A stretch of 54,722 nt of DNA, filler included, from Sphacelaria rigidula (GCA_964200075.2; 5 parts of 5 records of this genome joined end to end with filler, not necessarily neighbours in it), one strand, 5' to 3'. Positions 1 to 12,750 are shown, counted from the first letter of the whole stretch. The notes: generated by a model not told the origin, from the letters alone. Translations and numbers: made by a program.

Positions 1-470
1 CTGCATCCTGCTAAGATTCTGTTCGGCCCGAAGCCTACTGATTATCTTGCACTTGGATGACAGCCAACAATGAGTTGCTTTATTCTGTGGTATCGTCACC
101 TCCAGAGACAGCCACAGCTTTTGCACTTCCCCATGGGTGTCCAACCACAACTTCAGGGGGGACGGGGGCGGGGGGCGGGGGACGGGGGACGGGAGTAGTT
201 CACTTGAGGTCATTGAAAGGTTTTCATTTTACTTGACATGTGACGAAACGTCACGTTCATTTTGTTTTTAACGTAATGAACGTAACGCAACGTTTCGTGA
301 CATGACAACTCGATTTCATTGGCTAAAACGTTTACGTAACGTTAAATGTTTTGGACGTGCCAAACGAAACGAAACGAAACGTGAATCTTAATTTTACAGA
401 CGCGATAAACGGGTGACGTGTAACGTGTAGAGCCTTGTAAATTATGCCGCGGCGACATTGGTCCCGGTAC

Positions 471-554
471 CTGCAGGTCCGTGAAAATGTCGAGAACATC
501 CTGCTGGTTGGACTCGAACGCGTCCTCGAACACCGACATGGTGCGCACAAACAC
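471..554 (-). CDS. FANCD2: FANCD2 exon (VFVRTMSVFEDAFESNQQDVLDIFTDLQ)
   Basis: CAG acceptor, GTACCG donor, 84 bp. Confidence 0.86.
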
Positions 555-3500
555 CTGAGCATGCATTATAACGGGCGTGCTGTCAGTCAAACGCTCAGAG
601 TGGCGGGAGAGGATACGTTGCACAACTTCGGAGGAATAGCAGCACCGGAGTGACCTAACCCTAGCCCTCACTTGAAAGTCCAGAAATTACTCGATTATCT
701 GCGCATGCAGCCACAACGACGGCGGACGTACCAGCCATGGTGGAGGGACAGAGGAAGCGGCACAACAATGTTCCAAGGCAAGCCAAACAAAACAGCGATG
801 GCAACAGCCAAACTACATGAGACATTTTTGACGATAGCCCACCCACTTCCCCCCAACACCAGCCCAAAAGTGTCACGAAAAACAAATGTCATATAAAGCG
901 CCTGATGTTTGGGTTCAGGCTGCATGAAGCGCCTCATATGGGCGACATTGGCGAGAACGAACCCAAGCGTGGGCATCCCCGGCTGGTCATCGTGCTCGGA
1001 TTTCTTCGATTTCGATCTACGTGAAGGTTTGTCTCCCCAAACCAGGCACTCTTTATATTTTTTTTCGGGGGGGGGGGGGGAACGGCTATCGTACAAAATG
1101 TCATGAAAGCGCATGCAGAACCGCGTACTCCTCCACATGGCATAGGTTTCGTGAAAACGGAGGCAAGCACGGTGAAATTTCGTGCAAACGTCGTCCACAT
1201 GTACACCGGCACTATTATAGTTTGAACGACGAACAGGCATCTCCTCTTCCCATACTGCAAGGCCCTGCACAAAAATTAGAGCGGCGGAGAGAATGCACCC
1301 GAGCACATCAAGTATCGGGCGAAGGCAGACGAGACTAATCCCTCATTGGAAGTTGATCTGAACAAATCACACGATTCGAAGAGAAAACTTCTAGCCTCGC
1401 GAATGTTTGAGGCTCGTGATATCCTTCAGCACTTCATGAAACGTACAAATTCCCGCGTGGAAATTCATGAGGTACAACGTTGAACGTACATGTTTCCCAC
1501 CTTCCATTCGTATTGTCTGAAATTACACGGGTTTTCTCCCTTCTATTTACATCGCATGAATCGTATATGAATGTTGTCGAATATGTCATTCACAGGGGCA
1601 TAAATCAAGCAAACATATTTTTCGGTCGGCGATTTCCTGCGGGGCGAACCGATTTGACGTCTTTTTCTCGACAAGTGGTTCATTCGCACAGGAGCTGCGA
1701 TTTGCACATTCCTTGCGCTCTTCATTCGCGTGACACAACTTGGAGTATGTATACATTCCCAATTCGTGACTCGCGCCATACGACCTCGATCGTGTTGTTA
1801 GTTGTTACACTCGTGAGTCATACCACACGACTTTTGGAACATGAGTCGCGCTCAATATTAATGAAGAGTCGACCCGTGTGAACCGGGATTCGTCCGAACC
1901 TGAAACAAATCACAAAGTGGACTCCCTGATCCCGGTTTGACTACCGCTCGAAATCCGAGAAAGCAATAATCCTGTTATTCCGCCATATTGCCCCCCCCCT
2001 TCCCCTTTATCGCCTTGTCCGGAGAAAACCCGGCGTGCTCCGTCCTGGCTTTGTAGGAGCGGACCACCTATGGGGTCGGTGTCGGTCGGCGATGGCGCTG
2101 TGAAACACGCCACTCACTGCGTGTGCTAGGCGACCAGGTTTCCGATTTGTTTTTGCGCTCTTGCGTTTTTTTTTGCGGTATCCATGATGGTGGTCGAGCT
2201 ACATCGTTTTGTGCCGGGTGGGAGAACCTCCATTTCCCGCAAAGGGGATGATCGCACTGCGCAGTGTTTAAATGGTGAGACATCCATTGAGGGAGTGTAT
2301 AATAAGCCGTGGCCGTCTCTGTAAGTGGCGATACTAGAAAATGAAGGGACTCATTGTTGGCTGTCATCCAAATGCAAGATAATCAGTCCGCTTCAAGCGA
2401 ACAATCTTAGCGGGATGCAGTTCACCCTCCATGCGATTCGCCGAACACACCACGGCGCTTCGCGCTTGGTGATTGGATTGCGAGCCCGGTCCGGCGAAAA
2501 CCCGGCGTGCTCCGTCCCGGCTCTATAGGAATGCGAGGTCAATGGTTAGATGACTGCGGCATCCACGATCATGAGTACCCCCCCCACCCACCCACCTCTA
2601 CGACCCCGCCCCTCAATGTAGGACCACAAAATATAGTTGGGAAAAAAAATACAGATATATAATATATCATGCTTACTAACAGCGGAAGGTGTAACCCAGC
2701 AACCAGTGCGGTATTGCAAGATTACCTGTACCATCTTCTTGCCCTCCTTCAGCGCAGACACTAGTACGACGCGGCGGCCCAGAGACGGGTTCCCCTTCGT
2801 GAGCAGAACAAGCAACCTGAACACCAGGATCTGGCGCACGTTCAAGGAGGATAGCGTGTCGAAAGCACAAAGCGCGTTCAAAACATGTTCTTACGAAGTG
2901 TGAGCTGGACGCCCCGAGCGAGCACAACGCCCACTACACTTGGCAGGACATTGCATAGCTGCTTCGGTGCACGCGTACCAGGCAGAAGACGATACGTGCC
3001 ACATGCCATCGCGTGTTGGCACATCACCAGGTGCGTCAATCTAGCACACAGCTTTCCCCGGCCCGCCCCCGTGCGCCACCTCCCGACGAAGGTTTGTTGG
3101 CGTCGGTTGTGATATCTCATTACTCAATCGCTTTCTCTTCGACCCAGGTACAGTCAAATCTCGATCCAAAATGGCCTCCTTATTCTCATCCCTGCTTCAA
3201 AACAGGCGTTGACTGTTTCTCCCTTCCGGCTCCGTTCAACGCCGTGGCCTCGCGGACGGGCCTACATCTCTGCCGAATGATTATCCCTATTCGTGCCCGC
3301 CATGTCTCGCTCGAACGTCGCCCGTAAAACCAAATCGTCCACGAGGCAAAACAATATTTCGTTCTAGGGGACAGGAACCCTCATACGCCCCCCCCAAAAT
3401 CTACGACCATAGCTGAGATAGAACACCCCAACGTGCATCACACGTCAACAGCAGATATTCTTAGTCACCAACCAGCCAACAGGACGCGTCGCACACGAGA

Positions 3501-6500
3501 GCACTTCGATCACCGCATACCAAAACTGCACACCTTTCCCCCGATAATTTCACTTGTAGTGGGACCGGAAGAAGGTTTTACGGCAGAGTAACTCTCCCAA
3601 ATTCGGGGTAGTCGTAACGCCCACGAGCAGTTATACGTAACGACCCGCAAGAGGGCCCATACATCTGAAATACAACAGCTCACCATCCTGTTCGCGCGCA
3701 TGAGCAGCGCCTGCGTGGGTACCTTCGGCCTAGCGAAGAAATCTGTCCGGTCTTTCCAGCACGTTACCAAAGCCTGTCATCATCCACAACGCATGGTGAA
3801 AGAAGAGAAAAAGAAAAAGAAAAGGATGTGCCACGCGATTAAATTGTTGTCGAGAATGCAGCTTTTGTGGTCAAACGCTATAATAAACCGAACAAACATA
3901 CCAGACTTCCCTTTGACTATTAATTTGTCGCGCACATCGGATAGCGACCACCGTACTTGCTCGGCGAGGCGGACGGGCCGGATCACACGGCGCGAGAAAA
4001 CAACGGAGGGCAAGGTTGCCATGAAAGCTCACACGGGAAAAGATGTACACGGGAAGCTTTGTAAAGCGCTCATCCCATAGTACAACGGCCATGTTAAAAC
4101 TGCGCGGGTATGGCCTCTCACCTCTCGGCGGCCTAGAACTTAGAACGATTTCCGCAGGGACATTCGAACATCCAAATCAGCTGGAAAATATTGGTAGAAG
4201 GACGCACGGACTGATTCGAAAACGGTCAGTCACCATGAACGCAGTCGGAGGGTGTACTTGACATAGTAGGATCACAACGGTGCAAGAGCAGCATACCTCA
4301 GAATTGAAACATGAAAAAAAAAAAGTCTGTAAAGCGGAAGTAGATCGAATCCCGCCCCCCAAGCGTGAGTGAGGCAAAGGTCTCTAGCAATTCCAGGATG
4401 TATGCGAAATGAAACTTTCACTAGCAGCATCCAGCAGTCAAAGCAGTCATACTCCAAGAAGGATAACGTCCTCATACGCGAGGGAGGCTTTGGTAGAGTC
4501 CCGTATGCACACCCTCCAGGGGAGAGAAGGGATCAAAGCGGGTATCTATCTCGACACGCGTGAAACCGAATTGAAGAAAAAAAATGAGGGTCCGCTCAAA
4601 ACATCAAGGAACGACTGACCACTGTCGTGATAAGACACGACTCCTCACATTTCCGCCGCGAGGCGAAAGAGACGCGCGTTCGAACGACCACTGTTGCCAA
4701 GAGCGAGACAAGCGCAAAAATAAATCCCGGTCGCGAGGCTACGACATACCGTATATCACAGGTACCTCGCGTATCACCGATACCATTTTAGGTGGTGAAC
4801 ATGGAGAGGCCGCGGAACTTGTTTAGTAGATTCAGGAGACGGGGTTGTGAGGATTTGTCCGGGGAAGATTCGCCCCTTCACATCATCTACAGCCTCTTAC
4901 AGCGTGTTGCCGTAAAATTTGCCTTGCCATCAAGCCCCACCGCTCAACATCACCTTCCGTCTCACGTCCGCGCCACGGCATGTTTGTTCGGTCGGACTGA
5001 CCGCCACGAGCATCAGCCTTTGAAAGTGCCAACACCTCTGCGATAAAAGCCACCCCCTACATGAAGATCCCCCGACAACAGATTCTCGGCTAAGTGTGAC
5101 AACACGGTTGACAACTATCTGCATTGCCGTATCAGGTCAACTTGGATACTACCCTTTCCGACGATACACACCGGGGTGGTCAGTTTTTCGGAAATCCAAA
5201 AACCGATCATCCATACGGAGTTTTTTGTATCGCACGGGCGACGTGCAGCGATTTCTGCGTGCACAAAGCAGCACTTTGATACGAAACAAACGAACACACA
5301 CAAACACACACACGAATTTTGAGTGCTTCAATAGTGTGCGCTGCATCTCCACTCCACCTGCAGCAGCGGCGTGAAGAAATGAATGAACGAGGCTGCGGTG
5401 AGCGTCGGGTATCCTTCGGCGGGTCCGAGGCAATCGCCCGTCTCCAGCAGCAAGGTAACCACCTCGGTAGACAGGACCTTGGACGCGCAGAACGACCGGG
5501 CCGGCCGACAACAACCGATGGAAAACGAATAAGATCATCAAGTAGGCCAGGTTGATGACTCTAGCTCTAAGTGTCCCCGATGAAACAAGCGGAAACTTTC
5601 TCAAGACAGACATAAACGCTGTATTGCTACAGCTGACGGTGGAAATTTCTGTTCCCAACATCAGGTGGATCGTCTTTGCCTCCACAAAGCAGCTCCAACA
5701 GATAATGAAGAACATTGGAAACAACGGGAGAAACCGAGCGAGAAACAAACGGAGACACTTTCGACGATACGCCCCCCAAAACGAGCCCAAACATGTCACG
5801 GAAAATATGGTCATACAGCGCCTGATGTTTAACTTCAGGCTGTGCATGGAGCACCTTACATGGGCGACAATGGCGAGAACAAACCCCAGCGTGGGACTGA
5901 ATTCCCAGCTGCTCGTTGTGCTCGGCCTATTCCATTTCAATTTACGTGAACATGTTGCCTTCCCAAACCAGACCCGGGGGGGGGGGCTATCGTAGAAAGT
6001 GTCCGGAAATGGACCACACAAGAGTGGAACAAAAAGCGCGCATTTGTGAAATTTTCACATCCTGGATGATGGCAATACATGGCTAATAGGTGCGATAGAC
6101 AAAATGTGTACCGTGTAAAGTATAGGCATATTGCAACTAACACGGGATTCTACAAATTTGGGATGGATTATTTATTGGGGATGAGAACCCGGAGAATTGA
6201 AATCTTCGTGGATCCCCCAGAATGGGTTTTTCACGCAGGGCCCCGACATTTCGATTATCGAAATCCAAATTTGTATGGCGGGACGTAGTTGTGAATAGCC
6301 ACCAGCGAGTGAAGAAATGGAACCATGTTTCGACGATTTAGTGTGGATACGAAGACGTAAATTCTCCGGGTTCTGATCCCCAATATATAATCCATCCCAA
6401 AAATTGTAAAACCCCGTCTTAACTACTGTCGGCCCGACAACAGTTGCAATAGGCCTATACTTTACCCAGTACAATTTATATCTATTGCATTTATTGACCG

Positions 6501-9500
6501 AATATTGTCCAGGGCGTGAAAATTCCTCAAATGTACACATCCAAGTACAGCTCAACAAATTTGCTGATGACCCCGCTGCTTCTTTACACACTCCGGGGGA
6601 AAAGTAATTGTTCACGATTCACTCTGTGCTACAGTACCGCAAACGACGGATGACGGGCCTTCTTTGCACAGCACGCTAAAGGCACCGAACCGTGTGTGTG
6701 CTGCAAGAGGTGAACGGGACATTCCACCTTCATAAAATACAATACATGACCGGATCTCACAGCCCGAAGAATTCAGGCACGCCAGAGTGATAACCAGCAG
6801 CACAGAGCGTTACCCCCGTGGTCACAAGCGACAGCGGATGCTGCTGTGCACACGACAGAACACACCGAAGTGCTCAACAAAAACGAGTCTGAGCATTACC
6901 CGTTCTCGGATCATGGGGGTATCTCATGGCGTGGCAACGGCTTTCCCCTAATCTTTCCAAATCGAGGAGACAAACGTTTCTACGTTTGCTTTCCTTCTCC
7001 TGCTTTTTCATTCATTTTTGTTTTGTTTTTCACGTCCTAGGCTGCTTCTTATGTATCGAAAAATAAATCTTGTTGAAAAGTGCATTTTTTACCCTTCTTC
7101 ATCGTTTTTTGCCTAAAAAGAGGGCCAAGGGGATGTTGAGACCTTGGAATGACTTGCTGTGCTCGTCGAGACCGTTCTAGAGCACCTTTGCGTTTCCCGT
7201 AAGTCACAGTTTAGTTCTTGACCAAACTTTCATTTTCAACAACAAACGATCAAGTTATCAAAAAATGGCAGTATATGGCAGTTTTCCCCTTGTTTTTTGA
7301 TAACTTGATCGTTTGTTGTTGAAAATGAAAGTTTGGTCAAGAACAAAACTGTGACTTACGGGAAACGCAAAGGTGCTCTAGAACGGTCTCGACGAGCACA
7401 GCAAGTCATTCCAAGGTGTCAACATCCCCTTGGCCCTCTTTTTAGGCAAAAAACGATGAAGAAGGGTCAAAAATGCACTTTTCAACAAGATTTATTTTTC
7501 GATACATGAGAAGTAGCCTTAGTGTACTTTTTTTTTGTTCTTGAGCGAGCGTTCCAGTTTTGTTTTTTCTTGGGTACGTACGTCCATCATGAGACCACGG
7601 CTGGATCATGACTACCTGGGGGGTCAGTTAAGGTGCGAAAATCAATCAATCAATACATCAATCAACCAAACGTCGATCCAGAGAGAAGCAAGGCAGGAAA
7701 AAAAAATACAATTCACCTCAATAGCTGATAGCGGGTCGGCAGCCCAGCGCAGATGCGACCGAACCAAAGCTCCCAACGTGGAGCTCTTGTATATGAACCT
7801 TGCACAGAAGGAGGGACACATTCAAGTATAGAAAAATGACAGAACGAGAGAGCACACGCAAAAAGAAAAAAAAATCCGTACGCGTGTGTGTCGTCTTGCT
7901 CACACTCCCGTAGGAAGTAACCAGAAACGAAATGTCTCTCAAGTCACCACCAGAGAAAACGCGGGCGCTACACTTGAGACTCGTCCGAGAGAGCACAGTA
8001 GAGTGCCGACGCGGAACTGAACGGATCTATGTATGGCGCGCCCTGCCCCAGGCGTCTGTGATCCATCCCGGGTACGGATCATCACGTGCAGCCTACCAAG
8101 ATCAGCACATTTTATCTACGAATCACCCGTCTCGTCGCTTTATATACTTTCTTCGTTATCACTTCAATGTGATGAGCACTAACCCTAGTAAGGCATTGTC
8201 TAGCACACTGCGGGTGCGGCGTGATGGTTGGGTTTCGTCGAATCTGGACACGTTTTTTCTTACTCTGGGGGACCTTGATCAGGCCAATTTCCACGGGAAA
8301 AAAAAGCCATATTTTCTCATTTTCTTGCCTCCGGCGGCGCCTCCCGCGGGGCCCCATCACGAGCCGGGGGGGGGGAGCATCTGGGGCTCGCGCAGCGAGT
8401 AGACTCGCTGCGCTCGCCGCGGTTCGGCTTCGCCGAAATGTTTCGGAAATTGTCGTTATCGAACGCTGAAAATAGTCGATACCGCATCGAAGTGCTAAAT
8501 GGTTCGATATCCAACACTAATGTGATCCGTGTCGAGCGGAAAGCACCACGTGCAGTCCATCCCAATAACCATGCAAGGTCAACAGATCGCCCATCCCGTC
8601 GGTATGCACGTATTTTTGTTCTCAATTGAAACTCCTCCTCCGTTTCCCCGGCACGAACCTGTGGTCTGAAGGGCTCAGCCCCCCCCTCCGTCCCCATCTC
8701 CCCCGGTGCGCGCCTTGTACTTCGGTACCACGGATTGGATCATGACCATCAGCACCCTCGCACGGCGTCGACCGTCATCCAACAAACTCAGCCAAACAGG
8801 GTCTCTTTTGCTACTTTTGTCCTCATGCATTTAACGACGGAGGTCAGATACTACTGAGAGAAACGCAAGGCTAGACGAATCTGGCGGGGATTCGAACCCG
8901 CGCTTTACCCCTGCCCTTACCGGGGGATCAGTTGTAACACTACACCACTCGGCGCGGCGGAAACGCATGCCAAACAAAAATCATCGAAGGAAACATCGTG
9001 TGGGTACCAAGGGGGTACGAGGATTGATATATATATACAAGGTTCCCCTCCGGGAGGTTGGTCCTGGCCTCCCGAGGGTGACGCAAGTCGAAAAGATAAT
9101 ATATATATATATATATATATCAGTGGTATTATTCGCTTTACATATCAGGGAGTCATTTGTGTGGGAGAATATGAACCTTCGAGGAGATACGGTAATATTC
9201 CGCAGTTTCCTTTGTCTCAGACCAGGAGTGGAGATCATCGGTTGAAGAGGGGTGGGCACTTCCAACATCAAGAGCTCGCTTCACGGGCGGTGTACGGGGG
9301 TGGAAAAAGCACCATCACGCGCGAGACCCGTCACAGCACACATCGCAAGTGATTGCTACTGAAAAAAAAGTCGCGTCCCGGTAGTACACGGTGAACTTGT
9401 GCAGGGTTCTCTACATGAGTGGGGACGTTTGCCCACGTGTGTGCCTTGTTCAATTCGCCAACGGCTCATGGCACGGCCTTGTGTTTGATGCTGACTAAGG

Positions 9501-10323
9501 CGAAGGCAATGTTCACTCGTTTTCAACTGCTTTGCTATCATGTTCTCGGGACATTCGCTGTATAACCGCCGTTTTCGTGTTCCCAAATCAACGAGAAAAA
9601 CAAAAGCACGGTGAACAAATAAATACCCCGCCATGAACAGGCTTTTGTGGTTCGGGATCGACACCCCGCGAAAAAGAGCCAGTGTGGGCGACTTTCGGTG
9701 GCCAGAACACGCGCCACAGGTATCAGATGGCGCCAAAACCTGAACGGTAATGTACCGCTGCGCCTTCTTCGTGCGCTGCAAAAGAAACCGCGGGATCAAA
9801 TGCCTTGCTGGTAGAGAAGACTCGGCAAAAGTCGTGAATATGTAAAATGATACATGTACATATAGGGAGACCAGACGATAATACAGCAGAGCGAGCGCTT
9901 CAAGTGACGGTGTAGCCGTGGGGGGCGGTTGATACACCCACCCCCTCGCCTCACAAATAGACTTTTGCTTTTTGTGCGCATTTTCATATTTTGATTTTAT
10001 TTCATGCGTTTTCATTCCATTTGGTTTTCAAGCTCAAAAGCGGAATGTATGCGCCGATTTATGCGTATATTGGTGACATATGCGCGACTTATGTTCACAC
10101 ATACAGTTGTGGCCTCAGGGACTGTGTCTACTCCTCACTTCATGTCTCCTCCACCCCAGTCGCGCTGGAGCAGCGTAAAGCACAGCGTCGATAGCCTGTG
10201 GTGCAAGGAAGTAAGGGGGGCACCTCCATCACGCCTCCGTCTGCGGTCAGTTGTATCACTGCCGGTCTCCTCAGATTCGGCGGCGAGAACTCGTACCCTC
10301 GCCGTAGCAACAGCCTCCATCAC
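471..10323 (-). CDS. FANCD2: Fanconi anemia group D2 protein homologue, partial multi-exon gene (C-terminal region; exons 10139-10323, 7717-7798, 5358-5477, 3684-3773, 2726-2830, 471-554)
   Basis: Six GT-AG exons splice in frame to ...LHHRLSTLCFTLLQRDWGGGDMK/FIYKSSTLGALVRSHLRWAADPLSAIE/VLSTEVVTLLLETGDCLGPAEGYPTLTAASFIHFFTPLLQ/ALVTCW...ANRM/ILVFRLLVLLTKGNPSLGRRVVLVSALKEGKKMVQ/VFVRTMSVFEDAFESNQQDVLDIFTDLQ. This is collinear with the FANCD2 C-terminus as I recall it (FPTLTRHTFVVFF...[43 protein letters not shown]). Both gene ends lie outside the contig. Confidence 0.88.
850..1100. repeat. Diverged direct repeat, partner at ~5770-6005
   Basis: Alignable by eye (AGCGCCTGATGTTT...ATGGGCGACA.TGGCGAGAAC...CCCAAACCAG...polyG-CTATCGTA); both copies lie in FANCD2 introns. 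Confidence 0.75.
2349..2590 (+). repeat. Interspersed ~240-bp repeat (other copies or fragments at 1-76 minus, 2015-2060 plus, ~10795-10865 minus, ~11005-11120 minus, ~44129-44340 plus)
   Basis: Shared blocks CCCGGCGTGCTCCGTCCCGGCT...GATCATGAGTAC and ACTCATTGTTGGCTGTCATCCAA.TGCAAGATAATCAGT; present in three contigs and at three contig ends. Confidence 0.85.
2726..2830 (-). CDS. FANCD2: FANCD2 exon (ILVFRLLVLLTKGNPSLGRRVVLVSALKEGKKMVQ)
   Basis: Pyrimidine tract plus CAG, GTAATC donor, 105 bp. Confidence 0.86.
3684..3773 (-). CDS. FANCD2: FANCD2 exon (ALVTCWKDRTDFFARPKVPTQALLMRANRM)
   Basis: CAG acceptor, GTGAGC donor, 90 bp, phase 0. Confidence 0.8.
5358..5477 (-). CDS. FANCD2: FANCD2 exon (VLSTEVVTLLLE...YPTLTAASFIHFFTPLLQ)
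   Basis: AAG acceptor, GTGGAG donor, 120 bp; contains the YPTL...F..FF motif. Confidence 0.86.
6041..6533. mobile_element. Foldback/MITE-like element with long imperfect inverted arms
   Basis: Left CATTTGTGAAATTTTCACATCCTGGA versus reverse complement of right end CATTTGAGGAATTTTCACGCCCTGGA; arms ~170 bp; interior homologous to 13983-14341. Confidence 0.75.
7040..7518. mobile_element. Near-perfect 479-bp hairpin MITE, PIF/Harbinger-like
   Basis: Arms ~7040-7266 and ~7293-7518 are reverse complements with only a few mismatches and a ~27-bp loop. Termini GGCTGCTTCT...AGAAGTAGCC, flanked by CTA/TTA. Superfamily assignment is an inference from GGC termini and TWA-like flanks. Confidence 0.85.
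7717..7798 (-). CDS. FANCD2: FANCD2 exon (FIYKSSTLGALVRSHLRWAADPLSAIE)
   Basis: AAG acceptor, GTGAAT donor, 82 bp, phase 2 to 0. Confidence 0.82.
8881..8955 (-). mobile_element. tRNA-derived SINE-like head (Pol III A and B boxes)
   Basis: Minus strand TGGTGTAGTGTT (A-box-like)...GGGTTCGAATCCC (B box); no canonical cloverleaf. Related heads at ~10441-10515 (plus), ~30710-30760 (plus) and ~43066-43132 (minus). Confidence 0.6.
10139..10323 (-). CDS. FANCD2: FANCD2 exon (VMEAVATARVRV...LLQRDWGGGDM-K)
   Basis: CAG acceptor, GTGAGG donor, ends in phase 2 matching the next exon. Confidence 0.82.
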
Positions 10324-10865
10324 CTGCGAATCAAAACGGGCAGAGTTTTGCGTGCTTAGAACAAGATACGAGTCCCACAGTGGGGCATAACGAAATGAAT
10401 GATGACATATATATACATATATATACCATTTGTAGGCGCCGCGCCCCGGTGGTGTAAATTGAAATGGGTCCGACTGTCGCCATTAGGGTGGAGAGAATGG
10501 GGGCTCGATTCCCGATGTGTCGGGGGGTTTTGTTCGTAGTATGTGATTTCTACCGTCAAAACCGTGAATACATCAGCAAAAAATGAGTAGTGGACTGAGT
10601 GTGTTCGACGACAGCTGACAGGGTGCGGAAGTGATAATGGTCATGATCCAACCACCGAGACCAAAATGCAAGGCGTGTACCGGGGGGATACTCACTCGTT
10701 GCTTGGCTCAGTCGTTTGACTAACGACCACTCATTCTTTTCGAGACGGAGCACGAAATGATCACTTATCCCTTTCCAGATGGAGCACGAGAGCACGGGTG
10801 TACTCATGATCATGCATGCCATAGTCACGAGACCATTGACCTCGCATCCCTACAACAGCCGGGAC

Positions 10866-10965
10866 NNNNNNNNNNNNNNNNNNNNNNNNNNNNNNNNNNN
10901 NNNNNNNNNTTAATTAATTAANNNNNNNNNNNNNNNNNNNNNNNNNNNNNNNNNNNNNNNNNNNN
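10866..10965. other. Artificial contig linker (N44-TTAATTAATTAA-N44)
   Basis: Exactly 100 bp, with a 12-mer that puts stop codons in all six frames; identical structure at four places. Confidence 0.99.
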
Positions 10966-12695
10966 CTGGCATCGGTCGGCCGGGCAGGGGGGGGGGGGGC
11001 GGTGGTGTGTACTCATGATCATGCATGCCATAGTCATCAGACCATTGGTCTCGCATCCCTACAAAGCCGGGACGGAGCACGCCGGGTTTTCGCCGGACCA
11101 GACACGGGGGGAGGGGGGGCGTACTCATTTGTTGCTTGCCTTATCCCTTTCGAGATGGAGCAACGGGGGGGGGGGTGACGCAGTACGCGCTGCACTCCGG
11201 TGGGATCAAAGGGGCGACACATCTAGCGGCGTCGGGGGCGTCGCAACCGCAGACCCAGAGGGCGGGAAGGTGGGAATCGCTGGCTTCATGACGTACGTGA
11301 GAGCGGGGGGCGAAGGAGCGAAATTCGTGTCGCAGGCACTCGCTGGGGAGTAAAGTACAAAGAAAAATGAGAAGTGAAGAGAGGAAAAAGAGGAGAGAGA
11401 GAAAATAGATCGGGCTGCCCAATGGCGTAAGAGTGACCAACCGCAAGGGCGGACCAATAATAAGTACAGTAGCCTCGGGTTAGCCCGATAGTTTCCCAAC
11501 TGCGAGAACGCGTTTCTGTCTCGTAGTTTTATTTGTCTTAGTTCCCCGTCTTTTTCACCTCTAAAAAAATCCATAATTCTTGAGCCAAAAGCAAATGGGT
11601 GTATTCTGCAAGAATACGAGATTTGTGTTGGCGGATGACGAACTATAAGGGATGTACTCTGGCGAATGCCGAACTTGATATAAAATATAAGTGTTCGTGT
11701 AGCCAAGGGTGTTGTTCGAGCGAGCGAGGCTGGTCTGATGCAAGAGCACCAAAGAAGCAGACAGTATCACTCGAGACCAGTCGACCAGATAGCGACACGC
11801 CAGTAATCTCAGTAGTACAGTAGTCCCTGGCACTTGATCGATTTTTCCCGCCCACCACCCTATCGCTCGAGGGAGGGGAGAACCAGGGTGCAGATTAAAT
11901 GGATGAAGTGAAACGGGGGGGGGGGGGGCGAAGCTGATTTTTCCACCGCTACTGCTGGGGTGTGTCTTTTCCAACCGAGCGAGGTTGACTCGTCTGCGTC
12001 TGTAGAGCTTCGTTCGTCGCCTTACACCACCATGTGGAGTAGCGGAGATGAATTTTCTACTACTGTTGTGAAGTCTCGTTCCTCTATGAGCCGAGACGAT
12101 TTTTCTTCCTCTATAATGGAGGATTTATCCCCCAGAAACGGAGTTGATTCGTCTATATCTGTGGAGCTTCGTTCTTCGCTCGACACCTTCACATCGAGCA
12201 GTGGAGCTGGTTCTTCTACAGCTACTGTACAGCCTCATACCGTAGAACTACGAGGACTCATGTATCATCATCCACGGCTGTGAGGCGTTTTTCGCGGCCG
12301 CCAAAATGATCAATGACTTCCTCTCTAAGTCCGCTGACATGTCTCCTTTGATGGTGTGGCAGGCGCATGAGGTAGTCATAGGTAGGGGTTCAGGTGACCC
12401 ATCGCTCCTGCGGCAGTGCACAATAAGGAGGACTGTCGAAGATGACTGACTCCCCGCCCACACTCCTCCCTTCCGACGACTCCCACTCCCAATAAGCTCA
12501 GTATATATCAGTCGACCCGCCCGCGTGCCAATTGTAGGCAACCCTCTCGACTATGAACTTTCCTCTGTTGGTGTGTGAGCGGTGCCCACCATATCTTGTC
12601 GTGTGCGTGTCTCTGGCGATCCATGCGAAGAGGAGAAACAGTATCGTGATGCCATCATACTGCTCCATTTCGAAGCGCTTCTGCTCCTGTTTCTT

Positions 12696-12697
<2 letters not shown>

Positions 12698-12749
<52 letters not shown>
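12698..12749. repeat. (GT)n microsatellite
   Basis: Pure GT run of about 50 bp. Confidence 0.97.

Positions 12750-12750
<1 letters not shown>

Noticed and set aside
5149..6021. 290-aa minus-strand ORF
   Set aside because: It spans an intronic repeat and overlaps the true FANCD2 exon in a different frame.
8881..8955. Functional tRNA gene
   Set aside because: It has a B box but no convincing acceptor, D or anticodon stems; better explained as a SINE head.
10866..10965. TTAATTAATTAA motif recurring every ~10.96 kb as a biological periodic signal
   Set aside because: It is embedded in fixed N runs and is an assembly linker.
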